A stretch of 64,000 nucleotides of DNA, from the NCBI RefSeq assembly GCF_009914755.1, contig NC_060932.1; one strand, written 5' to 3'. The stretch is from the human T2T-CHM13v2.0 reference genome, Homo sapiens. Each line of letters starts with the position of its first letter. Positions within the stretch are counted from its first letter, which is position 1. Under the pieces are notes generated by a model. That model ran no database searches and had not been told where the DNA came from. It saw only the letters and a list, made by a program, of their open reading frames with translations. Positions 43,083 to 55,989 of this stretch are shown one piece after another. Made by a program: the position numbers and the translations under genes.

Positions 43083-43390
43083 AGCTGGGCATTGTGGCTC
43101 AGCACCTTGGGAGGCTGAGGCAGGAGGATCACTTGAGGCCAGGAATTTGAGAGCAGCCTACACAACACAGTGAAAATTCTTCTCTTAAAAAAAAAATGTA
43201 ATTAGCCAGCCATGATGGCTTGCACCTGCAGTCCCAACTACTCAGGAGACTGAGGCAGGAGGATCACTTGAGCCCAAGAGTTCCAGGTTGCAGTGAGCTA
43301 TGACTGCACCACTGCACCCCAGCCTGGGCAAGAGTCAGACCCTGTCTGTAAAAAATAATAATAAATTTAAAAAATAACAATAAATAAAAT
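43083..43390 (+). mobile_element. AluJ
   Basis: ggatcacttgagcccaagagttccaggttgcagtgagctatga; TSD aaaatag..atagg. Confidence 0.87.
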
Positions 43391-44399
43391 AGCTTATAGG
43401 GCCACAGCACTCAGAGTCACAGGTAGTTAAAATAGTGTTTGCTTACTTAAAATAGAGAGGGAGGTGATTGTTGCCACCATAAGAAGCCTTTTGGGGAAAT
43501 ACTAAAAAGCACAGCTGTGTGGTACCCTGCAGGGTGACTGCCTTCTCTTTGGTTTCACTTGTGTTTGAATGAGAGAGCTCCAGTGGCCACTGGGGGACAA
43601 CAGAAATACAGATCAGATATCACTATGTAAGCATTAAATAACTTGCTACTCCAGGAAGTGCCATTGAGGCAAGAAGTAAAAAGAACAGCCCCGTGCTGGC
43701 AGGTTCTGGATGGAAATCTTGCCGGGGTTTTATTTTTTTTCCTTTGATTATTATTCTTGGGAGATCTGGGAAATGGTGTGACTATGGAACTGTAGAACAG
43801 TGACTGTAATAACTTAAAAAGCAATATCAATTTAAATAGCGATCTGCCCCTGGTTTGCGACTAATAGAATAATGTCATTGTACTCATCACACAAATAAGT
43901 ATGAGTGGGAAGGAGCTTGACAACAAAGACAGAGTGTTTCAATCAGAATGAACAAAATGACAGCAGGAGCAGCAGGCTCTGGAAAGGCCTCTATGTTCTC
44001 CCCAAATATGGAGTCTTATCTGCTCTCCCCCAGCTGAGAATTTGACTCGTTGACCAGTACATCTGGGAAGGGCTCAGCAAAGTGAAATAGCGTAGAGGGA
44101 GCCCTGGGAGTCATGTTCGGTTCTGATGCAAAAAAATCTAAGGGGATGTGCAATGTGTTCTCAGTGCAGAAAACGGGGCTGCAGGTGCCTAGTTGGTTGC
44201 TTGGTGGATGCATTCAACTATCACTCAATTTCTACATGACCCCGCTTTCAACAGACCTTGTGCATCCCAGAATGAGCAGATGTGGAAAAAATTGTGCAGC
44301 TGGTTTTGGGCAGCAGCCCCCTTTTGGCTGCTCTTTTCCCTCCTGTTAATACGACCCTCATAATCACGCATGCCTTCAATGAGTCAGAGAGACCCTGAG

Positions 44400-44665
44400 A
44401 AAAGCAATATTCACTTGAACCGGCGGTCTGGGCTTTTGAGACAGGATGACTGGGCTGGAGACCCAGCATACTGACTGGTTATGTGACCCCCAACAAAGTT
44501 ATTTCACCTCTGGAGGCTCAAATTTTCTCTTCTGTAAAATGGAGATTTCAATATCTACTTTGTAGGGTTGCTATGAGAATTTCATGATCTAATACATGCA
44601 AACCGTTTAATGCATAAAATTCCGGGCATTGGGTGGGCACTCCATGTATGTTAGCTATTACAAGT
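44400..44665 (+). mobile_element. MIR
   Basis: agttatttcacctctggaggctcaaattttctcttctgtaaaatggagat..gggttgctatgagaatt core. Confidence 0.75.
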
Positions 44666-44976
44666 ATTATCTGATAAATCAAGAACCACTAAAAAATTAG
44701 TTGGTTTCTAAGCAGATCTCCCAAAGGTGCTGAGGCATGAAAAATAGGTAGGGTGAAGAGTGAATGCTTAACAAGAAGAAATGAATATTCAATTCTGACC
44801 TTCCAACCCAACCCTTCTGCCCACTGGGGAGACCTCTCAGGCAGGTAACCCCAAATTATAACAGACTATTCTGCCTGAAACTAAGGTCATCTTGGCTCCA
44901 AATTCCGGGGTATGGTTAGTGTGGCATTTGGTGAGCGCGTGCCTTTCAACTGGCTAACTAGTGATGTAAAAACTTC

Positions 44977-45060
44977 TCTTTTCTTGTCTTTCTTTCTTTT
45001 CTTTTCTTTCTTTCTTTCTTTTCTTAGAAACAGGGTCTCTCTCTCTCTGTCACCCAGGCC
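44977..45060 (-). mobile_element. Very short 5'-truncated Alu with CT-rich tail
   Basis: agaaacagggtctctctctctctgtcacccaggc; flanked by ctagtgat(g/c)ta(a/g)aaacttc. Confidence 0.7.
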
Positions 45061-45081
45061 AGCTAGTGATCTAGAAACTTC

Positions 45082-45538
45082 AATTTCTTCCTTTCCTTTC
45101 TTTCCTTTCCTTTCCTTTCCTCCTTCCTTCCTTCCTTCTTCCCCTTCCCTTCCCTTCCCCGCCCCTCCCCTTCCCTTCCTTCCTTTCTTCTTTCCCTCCC
45201 TCCCTCCCTCCCTCACTCCCTTCCTTCCTTCCTTCCTTCCGTCTTTCTTTCTTTCTGTTGAAACAGAGTCTCTCTCTGTCATCCAGGCTGGAATGCAGTG
45301 GTGTGATCAGGACTCACTGTGTGCCTCAAACTCCTGGGTTCAAGTGATCCTCCCATCTCACCCTCCTGAGTAGCTGAGACTACAGGTGAGCATCAGCCTC
45401 GCTAATTCTTCAATATTTTGCAGAGATGGGGTCTTGCTATGTTTTCCACACTGATCTCAAATTCCTGGCCTCAAGTGGTCCTCCCATCTCAGGCTCCCGA
45501 AGAGTTGTGATTATAGGCATGAGCCACTGCACCCGGCC
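45082..45538 (-). mobile_element. AluJ with ~170-bp polypyrimidine-converted tail
   Basis: Reverse AluJ body 45258-45538; TSD ctagaaact(t/c)c. Confidence 0.87.
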
Positions 45539-45946
45539 TAGAAACTCCAGTTTTTATGTGTCACTCAGGTCCACAGAGAGTGGATCTCAATTCTTCCAGA
45601 AGTCCCTCTCACTATGAGTATGGGGCTTCCTCCTGGCAGTCAAGGCTTCATTCAGACATTTGCATCAGCAGGACCATTGTTCATACCCAGATCCAAGGAG
45701 TCTTGCTTGGTTCCTTTGCACACACAAGTCATGTGTACCCTCCCAGCACACACATAAGAGAAAGCAACTAATTAATATACTTTGACTTTGCTTGGTCCTT
45801 GATTTTTTTTATAAGTGCTTCTTTAGCCATTATGGCTAAAGAAGAGCTGAGATCAATGCCTTGCAATGTAGCAAATACAGTATTTTCACAAATGCTTATG
45901 AGCAAATTTGCGGAGATAGGAAGGTAAATCATAGATTATACTCAGG

Positions 45947-46408
45947 CATATTAGTTCCCCAGAGCTACCATAATGAATTACCACAAACTGGGTAGCTTAA
46001 AACAATGGAAATTCATTCTTTCACCGTTCTGAAGGCCAGAAATCTGAAATCAAGGTGTCAGCTAGGACTTCACTTGCAGGAAGCAACAGATACTTCTCCT
46101 TTGCCTCCGGTCACTTCAGTTTCTGGCAGTTCCTGCTGTTTCTTGGGTTGTGGCTGCAGAAGTCCCATTTCTGCCTCCATCTTCATATGGACTTCTTCCC
46201 TGTGTGTCTCTCTGTGTCCAAATCTCTCTCTCCTTTCTCTTGTAAAGACATCAGTCACTAGATCTAGGGCCCACCCTAAATCCAGGATGATATCATCTCA
46301 AGCTCTTTAACCAATTATATCTGCAAAAACCTTATTTCCAAATAAGGTCACCTATTCTGAGGTTCCAGGTAGACACAAATTTTGAGGAACACTCTTCACC
46401 TCACTATA
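45947..46408 (-). mobile_element. MLT1C/D-like solo LTR
   Basis: aattaccacaaactgggtagcttaaaacaa..gggcccaccctaaatccaggatga..cttatttccaaataaggtcac. Confidence 0.87.
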
Positions 46409-47880
46409 TTGGGGAACATGTACTTTAGTGAGACAAATAGCCATTACCTACAATACACAGTAGCACAGAAATTCCATGAGAGACCTGCAATGAGTTCTGG
46501 GTATATAAAGGAAGTGATGTTCCCATTCATCAGATTTGGGGGAAATGGATGGATAAGGTCATTTGAAAGGTAGGTCTTGAAGGATGGGAGACGTTTTACA
46601 GGACAGGGCATTCCTGGAAGAGGAAAAAATATGAGTACAAAAACAGAGAGAATAACAGGGCTGTTCGGGAATCATAGGATTCTATTATTGTATTATTCTG
46701 AATAATAAGTATTGGCTACTTTATATGTGGCTAGGCAACTTGATTACAAGGGTCTAGCACGGCACCTTGCACACACCACAGAGCTGGTTAATATTTGTTG
46801 ACTGATACTAAGAAAAAGCAAAAATGTAACTCTGCCTCCTCCATTCAAATTCTCGAATTGCTAAGCTAAGCTTTGCGGGCGCAGACATTATCCCTCACCA
46901 ACTGGCACTAAATAATATAATCAATGTAATGATGACAAAAATTAATTCTAATAAACAGCTAATTAAAATGGAGTCTAGAAGGGTAACATGGCCCTAATTA
47001 CTACATTGGCGAATTGTTTTCCCTATTCCTGGAACAAATTCCTACTTCATTATCCTCCTTTTGTGCAAGAAATTGAGCTTTTCCAAAGTGCAAGGCATGG
47101 ATTATAGACAGTGTTGATGGCAGCCCGACCTGGCCCCTGCTGTGTCCAGCTCAGAGGTGAACATGCAACTCAAATGCCCACGTGCTACCTGCCAGTGACT
47201 ACATCCTGAAGTCACATTTCCTTTCATACCCAAATTACAGTGACTCTGGGCTCCCACCTGCCACCTTAGCAAGAGTTTCCTTCAACAAATGTTCCTAAAT
47301 AGCCACAAGGTTGCTAAGTTGGTCCCCTTGCCCTCTGCTTATGGCTGAATTGGGAGGACAGAAACTCAGGCCAGCCCTCTTAGGCTGACTTATAAACCAC
47401 TGACTGCTTCCCGACTGTTCTGTGTGCTGGGCTCTCTCCCGTTGGTGCTGCTGCCTCGTGCAGGAGGAGGAGCCCAGGCTCCCTGCTTGGCTGTGCCAAG
47501 GCTGTCTGCTGCTGGCCCAGGCATGCTCCAGTCTCCATTTAGTATTGAGGGTCCCCACTGGGCCAAGATCCCCTCTGGTTCCTTGGTGATTTGATTTTAT
47601 GGCTCCTCAAAGCAGGCTCTCTCTCTTCCAGGTGAGCCCTGCCCCTCTCGGATACAGCTGCTGTTTCTCAGCTCTCACTTCCCAGGTATAATCCAAGAAA
47701 CGGCATTAAATGGATCAATATGTCAGAATTTTATAAAATCACAGAATGCTTTACCTGCAAGGGATTTCACTAACCACTTGCTCCAAAGTCTTCATTTTAC
47801 AGAGGTTAAAAGATTTTCCCCAAGGCCATACACACAACAACTTAATTTTATTGATGTACCTAAGTTTATTATTGATCTGT

Positions 47881-48360
47881 TGTCTTAGCTGGCTAGGGCT
47901 GCCATAACAAAACACGACAGGTGGTTGGCTTGAACAGCAGAAGTGGATCGTCTCACAGTTCTAGAGGCTGGAAGTCTGAGATCAAGGTGTCGGCAGGGTT
48001 GGCTCCTTCTGAAGGCTGTGAGAAAGAGTCTGTTCCATGCCTGTCCCTGGCTTCTGGTGACTTGGTGGGAATCTTTGGTGTTCCTTGGCTTGCAGATGAT
48101 GCACCACTGTAATGTCTGCTTTCATCTTCATATGGTATCTTCCCTGTGTGAGAGTGTCTATGTCCAAATTTCCTCTTTTCGTAAGGACACCAGTCAGATT
48201 AGATTAAGGTCCCACCCTATTCCAGTAAGTTAAGACCTCATCTTAATTAATTACATCTGCAATGACCCTATTTCCAAACAAAGCCACATTCTGAGATACA
48301 ATGGGGTTAGGACTTTAAGACAGGAATTCTCAGTGGGGGGATATAATTCAATGGATAACA
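47881..48360 (-). mobile_element. MLT1C-like solo LTR
   Basis: tgtcttagctggctagggctgccataacaa..ataattcaatggataaca; perfect 5-bp TSD TCTGT. Confidence 0.9.
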
Positions 48361-50734
48361 TCTGTCCCCACTCTGATTGAAGGGTGGGTGGGATGGCAAG
48401 GTCATCTCCACACGTGATTGGAGACTGTCAAGACAGAAAGATCATGAGTTCATGGAAACATGCACAGCGTTTTTGAGACAGTGCTGATCTGTGTTTATCT
48501 TAAAACCTTTAAAACAAACTCCATCTTCTTTCTGTCTTTTAAACTACTTTGCATCAAAAATGCTCAATGAGCATGCACCAGAATTAATGCCTCTCAGGAA
48601 TCACAGGACGTCTTAGCACGATGGGCACAATCAGAACCTCTGAGTCCTTCTCTGTGGCTGGCCGCTGATACTCCAGCCTCACACTCACAGCCTCGCTCAG
48701 AAGCTATTGACATTTGTTTCAAAACTAATTGTGCTGAGGTTTGGGACATGAAATGGAAAAAGACCGCTTCACATTGCAATCCATCTTGGAATGAAATGGC
48801 TATTGTGGCACCAGAAGAAAGTTTTTCCATTAAGTCAAAGGCAAACCTCAATTTGGAGGACAAAAAGTCCAGCACCTTGAGATGAGGGTCTCTGCCTTAC
48901 AGAACCATCACTGCCTTTTATAGCACTATAGTCATCACGACACTCTGTCCCTTGCACCCATAAAACTCTCCTTTCTCCCTCCCCTTCCCCAAACCGACAA
49001 TTCTCCATTATCCATGAGCATTTTAACCACAGCAACATTCTACTCTCAGCCTGGCTTGACCCTCCTCTTCTACAAGAGCTGTGACTCCTCCTCTGCCACT
49101 TGGGGCCATCCCTTCCTCTAAACTGCAACTGTATTTAAAATTTGGACCCCTCAGTCAACACTCAGCAGGAAATCTTGTAGGACACCAATTTTTCTGCACA
49201 TTTATGTCTGATTTCTCCTGGGAACATGCTAGAAATGCTGAATCTTCGGCTCCACCTCAGGCTTACTGAAGCAAATTCTCTATCTCAAGATGCCCTGTGA
49301 GTGAAATGGATGCTGAATTATAGAAGTGCCACACAGTATCTCTCAGAGTTAGGGCTGAGTTCAGGCCCTCAAAAGCAATTGTCAAGCTGGTGAATGCCTC
49401 TCTCTTATCTCTCAGGGACTTATTCTGTCCTCCAGTGGCTGACTACTATTAGTGGTCATAGAATGTAGACTACTATTAGCATTAATTATTAATATCACTA
49501 GACCCACTCAGTTCTCTGCAGAACAAACAATATTCAGATATGACACACAGGATGGTGAATCTGAATTTCTAGATCAAACATAAATGCTTTTTTGGTTTTT
49601 TTTTTCCTGCTGTCTGGGATTCCCTGTGTCATGATTCTAATAATTCTCGCAGGATTATCATGATCATCAGTTAACTGGAACTTTTGATAGTTTTAAAATT
49701 GAAGATCAGAAAATGTTAACCTTGAAAGGGAACTTAAAGTTCATTGAGATTAACCTCCTTACTTGACAGATGAGGAAACCGAGTTATGGTCTACTAATAG
49801 CCTCAGACGAGTTCACCAGTCCTGGGAGTTTCCAGTAGGGACAAGAATCTACAATTGGGACTCCAGGTGTGAGCATTTTCTATACCACACTGTACTAATT
49901 TGTGTTACACGGGGCTGGTTAGTAGATTGCATAACGTGTTTGGCCTGGTCACTTCTCAATTTCTAACCAAGCAGAGGGGACTGGACAGTGAATGAAAGTT
50001 TCTGGAAGGGTGGAGTAGCTTCTTTATATTCTAGCCTCTAAACTCTTCTCAGAGCTCGCTGGTGTAGACTGGGAAGGAGAGTACATGAAGTGGGAGTTCT
50101 CATTATTGTTTTCTTTATGTAATAAAATCGTTACTTAAGGTAGCGGTCTGCCCCCGATCCCTGGTACAAGGGACCTGTGCAAGGGAGTGAATTCTGTCTA
50201 GACATCCAGACATGCGGAGGCCCCCGTCACGTCCAGTTTCACTTCATTCTTTGCAAAATAACCAGACTTCCAACTTGATGTTGCCTCTCCATCTTCTGTG
50301 TGTGTTTACAATGCCAAAGAACCATCAGCAGCAGAATCAAGTTCCCAGGTTCTAATTAGTTCATTCATTCAACTAAATGAGGTCAGGGGTGTTAACTACG
50401 TGGCTTCTGGAGGGCAAGGGCTATGGGGTCTTCCTGAGGGAGATTGGCACTGTCTTCTCCAAGACCATAGCTCCACAGAGGCAACTTCACCCACCATCCC
50501 CACCACCTCCACCCTCACCTATACCCGCCTGTGCCCAGCCTGAGCTTGGCCCTTTGCATCTGTTATTAATGCTTAGCACTGGCTCTTTTTCCTGATATGC
50601 AGCCTGAGGCCAGAGGCTGAACCATTCGGGGTGGAAAAGAAATCATAAGGTCTGTAGCCTGAGAAGCACATGGAAGGCAGAACAGGCTATTTCAAGGTTG
50701 ACCTCAAGGTGGCCCAGGAAAATCTATGCAACAT

Positions 50735-51265
50735 TTACATTGTACATATTTACATATGCTTCATATATACTGTGTAATATATTTTTACATTTAAATAAAA
50801 AGATAGGTTGAATGTAGATTAGCTGGAGCTCATGCACACATAGAAACATACATATCTCATAAATATCTCATACATATATCTACACATATATCCCATAGAT
50901 GTCTCATAGGTATATTTATGCTATTGTTTTCTTTATGTAATAAAGAAAATATAGATATATGAGGTATCTATGGGACATGTGTGTAGATATATGTAGATCT
51001 CTCATATCTATATGTGTGTAAGTATATGTAGATCTCGTATCTATGATATGAGAGCTATCATAGATCTCTGTAGATATATGTAGATCTCTCATGTCTATGA
51101 TAGGTAGTTATATAATCTCATATATATGAGATTTCATATATATGAGATATTCATGAGATGAGTGTAGATATATGTACATATGTCTCATATTGCATGCATA
51201 TATCATATATGTAAATACATACATACATAAATAACCTGTATATGTCTATGAATACACATAATGTC
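50735..51265. repeat. TA/TAGA-rich low-complexity region with inverted and tandem sub-repeats
   Basis: 38-bp inverted arms 50871-50908/50958-50995; recurring tgtagatatatgtagatctctcat; perfect palindrome 51114-51133. Confidence 0.9.
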
Positions 51266-53089
51266 TGCTACGCTGGGTCTAATATGCTCATATTCCCTAG
51301 GGATATTTTTCCTGGGCTGTGTTTTCCTTTGCATGCCCACAGCCTAGAAGTTTGAAGCGCTTGTCAGGAGGAGGATTCATTTTCCCAGAGGACAGTAGTA
51401 ACTGAAAAAAAATGAAATAAAATGAATACTACCTGTAGTGAGCAGGTCTGTCCATGAGGTGGTGGTGTTAGTATAATGGAAGCAGAAGGGAATAAGGTCA
51501 GGGCAGAAAGAGGCCCTCTGTTGGATTGATGGTGGAAGGATAAATCCATGCCCCTCCGTGAACTCCCACCCCGAAGCCTGACAGGTGCCTGGCTACTGGC
51601 TGCCACGGTGTAGGAAATTCGCACACGTAGCTTCTCAGCAGCTCCTAGACCAGCTGGCCTGGAGGCTTGGAAGCAGTCCAGGCAGAGGGGACACAGGATA
51701 AACCATCAGGAGCAACAGCTCTATCAAGTGGACTTGAGTAGAATGTTCTCATGGCACTTGGACACCCCTCACATTCTCCGGCCTGTAGGTGGTTTTCTTT
51801 GCCGCCCACTGAGGGCTGCAAGAAGCATTCCAGCCAACACACAAAGCCTGGCGCTGAGGCTCCTCCAGCTCAGCCTCCTGGGCAAGCTTTTCTGCCCTTT
51901 CCACACACATCTGCAAGCTCCTGCTGTTGGAATCCATAGAGATAGGACCCGGGCCAACAAAACATCTCTGCATATTGAAAGCATTCCCAAACACCACTTC
52001 TTTTGCAAGCAATGGCTGCTAAAGGCTGGACCACACCAAAGTAGATACTCCCTGTCTGCATGGACTTTGAAGGGAGTAGAGATGCTATGAAAACAATTCA
52101 CCACTGAAGCTTTCCCTGGTGCTAATCTTGCTTTCTAGTTTCTGAAGTTACATTTTTTATGTTTTTTTAAAAAAAGGTACCCTGTGTCTTCACCAGAGAG
52201 AAGGGAGAAGGAACCTTGACTGATTCTCTGTGGCAGGCACAAGATCTATCTTATCACTTTCAGTCCATTTAGCAACCCTGCTCTCTGAGGACTTCACAGA
52301 CGGGGAAGCTGGGCTCTGAAGGGTGATGGAATTCGTCTGTAGTGTGCTCTGTAGTGGGCTCTGAAGGGTGATGGAACTCACATGTGTCAGCCACAGACCC
52401 AGATCTCTCTGGTTTCCTTTGTTTTGTTGACTACTTTGTTGATATTAAACAACTGGCTTTCCAATGAAAAGTAGTAACAATCATAGGATAACACCCTTAA
52501 CATCTGTGTGTCCCTCTACAGTATACAAGATGCCTTTCCATTGCTGGGGCCCGGCCCAGCTTGGAGATCGGCCCCCTCTGCTCTGCTTCTCCCTGGCTCC
52601 ACCTTGCCAGCTCCAGACTGCGCGTGTCCCCAGCGGAGCTGGTTCTCACTCCCTTTTGCAGACATGCTTCCTTGCTGGGCGACTTCACTGGAAGACTGTC
52701 TACTGATTCAGGGTGACAGGCTGTGCCAACGCCCCAGCCCTTGTGGGGCTCATAAATCCTGGGATGGTAGGCGCTAGAGAGGTGCACCTCAATGACAGCA
52801 AATTTGGCCTGTCTCTCGTTTTTACCCGGGGCTAGCCTTGACTGAGGCTGAGCAAAGTGTCAGTGATGAAGGACTTGTCAACACTGCCTGGCTTCCTTCC
52901 TCACTTGCCATCAAAGGTGGACTTTTGTCCAAAGCTCTTTAATTTGGGAATTAGGTCTTATGTGTAACTGCCAAGTTAAATTGGACCCAAGAGTGAATTT
53001 GGATCTGCATTGAAGAGGGAGTGGAAATAAGTAAGTTCTGGGGTGCCCTAAGCTTGGCGCATAATCATAAGAATAAAGACTGATGCTTT

Positions 53090-53280
53090 GAGCTCTTGCT
53101 GCAGGCCAGCTGTGTGCTAAGTGCTTCTTCACTCTGTCAGCTTCTTACTTCACAATCCTGTCAGGTACAGGCTATTCGTGCCCAGAGAAATGAGACGCTA
53201 AGAGATGATATGATTTGCCCAAGATCCCACAGCTAGCAATGGAGGCATTGGCATTTGAATTTGTATAGTCTGTACTGCCA
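53090..53280 (-). mobile_element. MIR
   Basis: tgtgctaagtgcttc..cacaatcctg..gatttgcccaagatcccacagctagcaatgg..atttgaa. Confidence 0.7.
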
Positions 53281-54802
53281 GAATGGCCGCTGACCTCTCC
53301 AAGGCCATGTGGGAGGTTTTCGATGAGCCCTGAAGCTCTGTGGAGTTTCTGGCATCTGGGGGAGGCCTCTGTTTACATCCAAGCCTTGGGAGAAGCCCTT
53401 GGGAGGACCACATGGGGTGACAGCGCTGTGTTGGTGGCAGCCTGTCATGGGTCCTGAAGCCCAGCTTATTTTCTCTCTTTCTTTTCCTCCCTCCCAAATC
53501 CTTTCTGCCTTGCCTGCCATCCAGCAAATCAATTCCAATTGATTCCAAATGATAACATTTTATTGGAGTTTTGTTTATTTGAAGATCAATAGTGACAAGA
53601 ATGTGGCAGTCTCCACCCTGAAAGACCATATTCAAGCACGCTTTTTTATCTTGACTTCAAGTCTCAACCTGGACTCCAGCCTACAGCCTCTGGTAGGCAG
53701 ACTATCTTGTGCTCACCCTTGTCTTGGCAGCACAATCACATGCCCGTTTTGTGCGTTTGCCTTTTGGGCCCCAGTATACAAGAAATGGGCTTAATTGAAA
53801 CTGTAAGTGAATTTGTCTGGAACACAGAAAACACTCAACAGCACATCTCCCTCGGACAGACACTGTCAGTCTAATCAGAGGCCTTGAATTATTAAAGCTC
53901 TCTAGCCACTTAGAGCTGCAGGTCACCAAGGCACCGAACATACTTGCCTGAGTGGCACTGGATTAGGAAGCAGTGGGCTCACAGCCAGCTGTTACTGTGG
54001 ACCCCCCAAATTTGTTTGATCACCACTCTTCTTAGTCACGAAATCCCACCCTCCTTTCCCAGGCCTGATCCTGCCGACAGAGCCCTGAACTGGCTCAGGT
54101 TCTGGCTTCTGGTCCTACCTCTGGAGTTGACTCTGGGGGTTTTGGCCAATCCTTTTTCTTCTTGGTACCTCCATATTCCCACCTGTATTGTGTGGCTACA
54201 AATATTTGCTTAGGATCATTTTAGCAGCTGTGAAGTGTCCTGGGAACTCTGAATGAAAGGCGCTCTATTCCAGCTTATGCACCAAGTGATGACTCTGGCC
54301 CTGTCCACACGGCAGGGCTCTGCAGGAGACAGACGACCCATTCATCCTTCATACAGTCCTAATTTTATTCCAGTGCCCCACTGGGGACTCAGGCAGCAGG
54401 GCTTGTCAGAGAACTGAGCAGTCTTCACACTTTCAAAGTCCCTTCTATTTGGTAGGGTTGCTTTTTTTCCTTTCCTTTTTTTCTTTTTTTTAACCACTGC
54501 ATATTAGCAAAGGTAAAATCTACCATGCAAGAAAAGGAACAATCATGAAAGGAGAAAGGCCTTCTCAAGGGAGGGCTGCTTATTAGTCCTTTGGAAGGTC
54601 AAGAAGGCCGTTTGCCTGAGGCCAGGATTTATACTGTTAGCATGCTAGGCACATCTGGGGCCCACCCTGCGTACATATCAGGGTGCCATGTTTACATGTA
54701 TTTTTACATATGTGTCTTGTTTTAGGGTGCCCACGGTGCAAGAGAGCGGAGCTGAGAATCAATAGGATAATATGTCCAGGGCCTGCTAGTGATGAATGTG
54801 GG

Positions 54803-55159
54803 TGTTTTGGCCCATTTGGGCTGCCACAACAAAGTACCCCATAGACTGGGTGACATGCAAACAACAGAAGTTTATTTCTCCCAGTTCTGGAGCCTGGAAG
54901 TCCAAGATCAAAGTGTCAGCATGGTCGGGTTCTGTTGAGGGCCCTTTCCAGATTGCACACTGCAGACTTCTTGTATCCTCATGTGGTGGAGTGAGGGCGA
55001 GAGAGCTATCTGGGGTTCCGTTGATAAGAGCACCAATCCTATTCCTGAGAACTCCACCCTCATTACCTCCCAATGGCTTTACCTCCTAATCCTAACACAT
55101 AGTAGATTAGGGTTTCAACATATGAATTTTGGAAGGACACTAACATTCAGTCCATTGCA
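54803..55159 (-). mobile_element. MLT1A0-like solo LTR
   Basis: gggctgccacaacaaagtacc..ggaagtccaagatcaa..aacattcagtccattgca. Confidence 0.87.
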
Positions 55160-55605
55160 CTGAGTATTTTTGCTTCTTCAAAATCACTCCACTGTTGCAA
55201 CCTATAATTGTGCATCTGTCTTGAGGCTACAATAGCATGTCTTAGAGCTGGAATCTCCAGCTTCCCGGAATCCTGGGCCCCTCTACCGACCTCTCTAACC
55301 CTTCCCCTGTAGGAGCACTTACTTACAGAACATTGAGTCTCTGCTCACTCTCTCCTGAATCCATTTCTGCTCCTTCTTCTTTGAACTCCTCACTAACCCC
55401 AGGGCCCAGGCATCCCATCCAGATATCATCCCCAGTTGCAGATATCTGAGAAACTTTGCAGTCACTCTCTCCTTCAAGGCTCAAGTCTTCACTCCCAATA
55501 GGTCTTCAATCACCATGGTTTCCAATCTCACTCTTATTCTGAGTATGCAGAGCATGGCTTCCCATTGCTTTCAAAGGGAAGGGCAAATGTCTTATGCAAA
55601 TTTAC

Positions 55606-55987
55606 TGTATTAGTTTGTTCTCATGCTGCTAAGAAAGACATATCTGAGACTGGGTAATTTATAAGGGAAAAGAGGTTTAATGGACTCACAGTTCTACATG
55701 GGTGGGAGGCCTCACAATCATGGCAGAAGGAGAAGGAGAAGCAAAGGTATGTCTTACATGGTGGCAGGCAAGAGAGAAGTGCCGAGCAAAAGGGGGGAAA
55801 ACCCCTTATAAAACTTATAAAACCATCAGATCTCGTGAAAACTCGCTCACTGTCATGAGAACAGCAGCATGGGGTAATCACCCCCATGATTCAATTATCT
55901 CCCACTGGGTCCCTCCCACAACAGTGGGAATTATGGGAACTACAATTCAAGATGAGATTTGGGTGGGGACACAGCCAAACCATATCA
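55606..55987 (-). mobile_element. THE1 (THE1D-like) solo LTR inside L2
   Basis: tgtattagtttgttctcatgctgctaagaaagacata..gggacacagccaaaccatatca; TSD (t/c)ttac. Confidence 0.93.
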
Positions 55988-55989
55988 CT

